Shown: positions 61,601-64,000 of the stretch, piece by piece
How the letters are laid out: every line of letters begins with the position of its first letter
How positions within the stretch are numbered: the stretch's first letter is position 1
Source of the DNA: the human T2T-CHM13v2.0 reference genome, Homo sapiens
Length of the DNA: 64,000 bases
Assembly (NCBI RefSeq): GCF_009914755.1
Contig: NC_060933.1
Reading direction: 5' to 3' (one strand)
Notes under the pieces: generated by a model
Databases searched by the model: none
What the model saw: only the letters and a program-made list of their open reading frames with translations
What the model was told of the DNA's origin: nothing
Position numbers and translations under genes: made by a program

Positions 61601-64000
61601 CACTCCATTCCATTGCACTCGGGTTGATTCCATTCCTTTCCATTCCATTCCGGATGATTCCATTCTATTCCATTCCGTTCCATTACATTCCCCTGCACTC
61701 GCGTTGATTCCATTCCATTCCATTCCATTCCATTCAATTCCATTCCATTACAATTCGTTCCATTCCATTCTATTCCTTACCATTCCATTCCATTCCATAC
61801 CTTTCCATTCCATTCCATTCCATTCCATTCCATTCCGTTCCATTCCGTTCCATTCCATTCCATTCCATTCCATTCGGGTTAATTCCATTCCATTCCATTC
61901 CATTCAATTCCATTCCATTACAATCGAGTTGATTCCATTCCATTCCATTCCATTCCAGTCCTTTCCATTCCATTCCTCTCGGGTTGATTCCATTCTATTA
62001 GTTTCCATTCCATTCCATTCCCTTCCATTCCACTCAGGATTTTTCCATTCCTTTCCATTCCACTCGAATACATTCCCTCCTATTCCACTCAGAACGATTC
62101 CATTCCATTCCATTCCATTCCATTCCATTCCATTCCATTCCATTCCATTGTACTCGGGTTGATTCAATTCCATTGCATTCCATTCCATTCCATTCCATTC
62201 CATTCCGTTGCATTCCATTCCATTACATTCGGATTGATTCTATTCAACTCCCTTACTCTCCATTACATTCCATTCCATTCGGGTTGTTCCATTCCATTCC
62301 ATTCCATTCCACTCCATTCCATTGCACTCGGGTTGATTCCATTCCATTCCATTCCATTCCATTCCATTCCGGATGATTCCATTCCATTGCATTCCGTTCC
62401 ATTACATTCCCCTGCACTCGCGTTGATTCCATTCCATTCCATTCCATTCCATTCAATTCCATTCCATTACAATTCGTTCCATTCCATTCTATTCCGTACC
62501 ATTCCATTCCGTTCCATTCCGTTCCATTCCATTCCATTCCATTCTATTCTAATTAATTCCATTCCATTCCATGCCATTCCATTCCCTTCTATGCGGGTTA
62601 ATTCCATTCCATTCCATTCCATTCCAATCCATTCCATTCTATTCCATTCCATTGCAATCGAGTTGAATCCATTGCATTTCATTCCATTCCATTCCATTCC
62701 ATTCCATTCTGGAAGATTCCATTCCATTGCATTCCATTCCATTCCATTCCCCTGCAGTCGCGTAGATTCCCTTCCATTCCATTCCATTCCATTCCATCCA
62801 TTCGGTTCCGTTCCGTTCCATTCCATTCCATTCCATTCCATTCCATTCCGTTCCGTTCCATTCCATTCCATTCCATTCTATTCGGGTTAATTCCATTCCA
62901 TTCCATTCGATTGCTATCGAGTTGATTCCATTCCATTCCATTCCATTCCATTCCATTCCTTTCCATTCCATTACGGATGATTCCATTCCATTGCATTCCA
63001 TTCCATTCCATTCCCCTGTACTCGGGTTGATTCCATTCCATTCCATTCCAATCCATGCCATTCCACTCGTGTTGATTCCATTCTTTCCATTCCATTCAAG
63101 TTGAATCCATTCCATTGCATTCCATTCCATTCGATTCCATTCGATTGCACTCGGGTTGATTCCATTCCATTGCATTCCATTCCATTCCATTTCATTCCAT
63201 TTCATTCCGTTCCATTCCATTTCATTACATTCAGATTGATTCTATTCAATTCCCTTACATTCCATTATATTCCAATCCATTCTGGTTGTCTCCATTCAAT
63301 TCCATTCCATTTCACTCCATTCCATCGCACTCGGGTTGATTCCATTCCATTCCATTCCATTGCATTCCATTCCATTCCATTCCGGATGATTCCATTCCAT
63401 TGCATTCCATTCCATTCCATACCCCTGCACTCGGGTCGATTCCATTCCATTCCATTCCATTACATTCCGTTCTATTCCATTCCATTCCATTCGGATTGAT
63501 TCTATTCAATTCCCTTACATTCCATTCCATTCCATTCCATTCGGGTAGTTTCCATTCCATTCCATTCCATTCCTCTCCATTCCATTGCACTCGGGTTGAT
63601 TCCATTCCATTCCATTCCATTCCATTCCATTCCATTCCATTCCGTTCCATTTTACTCGGGTTGATTCCATTCCATTGCATTCCCTTGCATTCCATTCCAT
63701 TCCATTCCATTCCATTCCGTTCCATTCCATTACATTCGGATTGATTCTATTCAACTCCCTTACTCTCCATTACATTCCATTGCACTCGGGTTGATTCCAT
63801 TCCATTCCATTCCATTCCATTCCATTCCATTCCGGATGATTACATTCCATTGCATTCCGTTCCATTACATTCCCCTGCACTCGCGTTGATTCCAATCCAT
63901 TCCATTCCATTCCATTCCATTCCATTCCATTACAATTCGTTCCATTCCATTCTATTCCGTACCATTCCATTCCATTCCATACCATTCCATTCCATTCCAT
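55690..64000 (-). repeat. Duplication with 5705-bp offset; second copy runs off the window end
   Basis: ORFs at 55690/61395, 56454/62159, 57396/63101 and 57695/63400 are offset by 5705. Shared rare markers include cactcaggatttttc, attctaatta and cgcgtagattccc. Confidence 0.9.

Larger units (their letters stand above)
1..64000. repeat. Satellite III (HSat3) pericentromeric array, (GGAAT)n/(CATTC)n with interspersed variant motifs
   Basis: Continuous GGAAT/ATTCC pentamers from end to end, with recurring CAACCCGAGT, CAACTCGATT, CAACGCGAGT, CAACACGAGT and TAACCCGAAT interruptions. Long runs of perfect pentamer plus CAAC(C/A)CGAGT decamers are the established signature of satellite III rather than satellite II. 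Confidence 0.98.
13430..64000 (-). repeat. HSat3 block with the G-rich strand on - (CATTC on +)
   Basis: From actcgggttgattccatt (13430) to the window end the + strand reads CATTC. I saw no further switch. Confidence 0.98.

Noticed and set aside
1-64000. Hundreds of ORFs encoding (MEWNG)n or (FHSIP)n, up to 465 aa (14518-15915, - strand)
   Set aside because: Pure (GGAAT)n has no stop codon in any frame on either strand and an ATG every 5 bp, so long overlapping ORFs are expected by chance. No domains or gene structure are visible. The poly-WNGME peptide is the same as that of the SCA31 (TGGAA)n repeat, but nothing here shows translation.
1-64000. CRISPR-like repeat/spacer pattern (constant pentamer runs alternating with variant motifs)
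   Set aside because: The apparent spacers are a small recurring set derived from the satellite, lengths are irregular, and there are no cas genes or leader.
1-64000. Telomeric repeat, G-quadruplex array or alpha-satellite/CENP-B boxes
   Set aside because: There are no TTAGGG arrays and no 171-bp monomers. G-tracts are mostly GG with isolated GGGG, so canonical three-tier G4 motifs are not evident.
1-64000. Alu, L1 or other mobile element insertions
   Set aside because: No poly-A tails, no non-satellite stretches and no target-site duplications were seen anywhere in the window.

Overview
The whole 64 kb is classical human-type Satellite III (HSat3): a diverged (GGAAT)n/(CATTC)n pentamer array punctuated by CAACCCGAGT/CAACTCGATT-type variant motifs. 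Its motif content resembles the chr9q12-type subfamily; that assignment is from recollection and needs checking. I see no credible genes, RNA genes, transposon insertions or CRISPR arrays. All listed ORFs are by-products of a stop-free pentamer. The main structural feature is one sharp strand switch at 13430-13434: GGAAT lies on + to the left and on - to the right, so the two G-rich strands converge. The junction has 5 bp of microhomology (ACTCG), forms a 28-bp near-perfect palindrome, and has small rearrangements on both flanks. The array has no single period. It is built from reshuffled modules and nested kb-scale duplications (about 3.56 kb, 5.87 kb = 3.18 + 2.69 kb, 5.705 kb, and an older 6.7-7.4 kb pair). 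One recurrent variant, GGAATCTTCCGGAAT, is a perfect heat-shock element (about 40 copies counted by eye). All counts and offsets were read by eye or taken from the ORF track, not computed by alignment.
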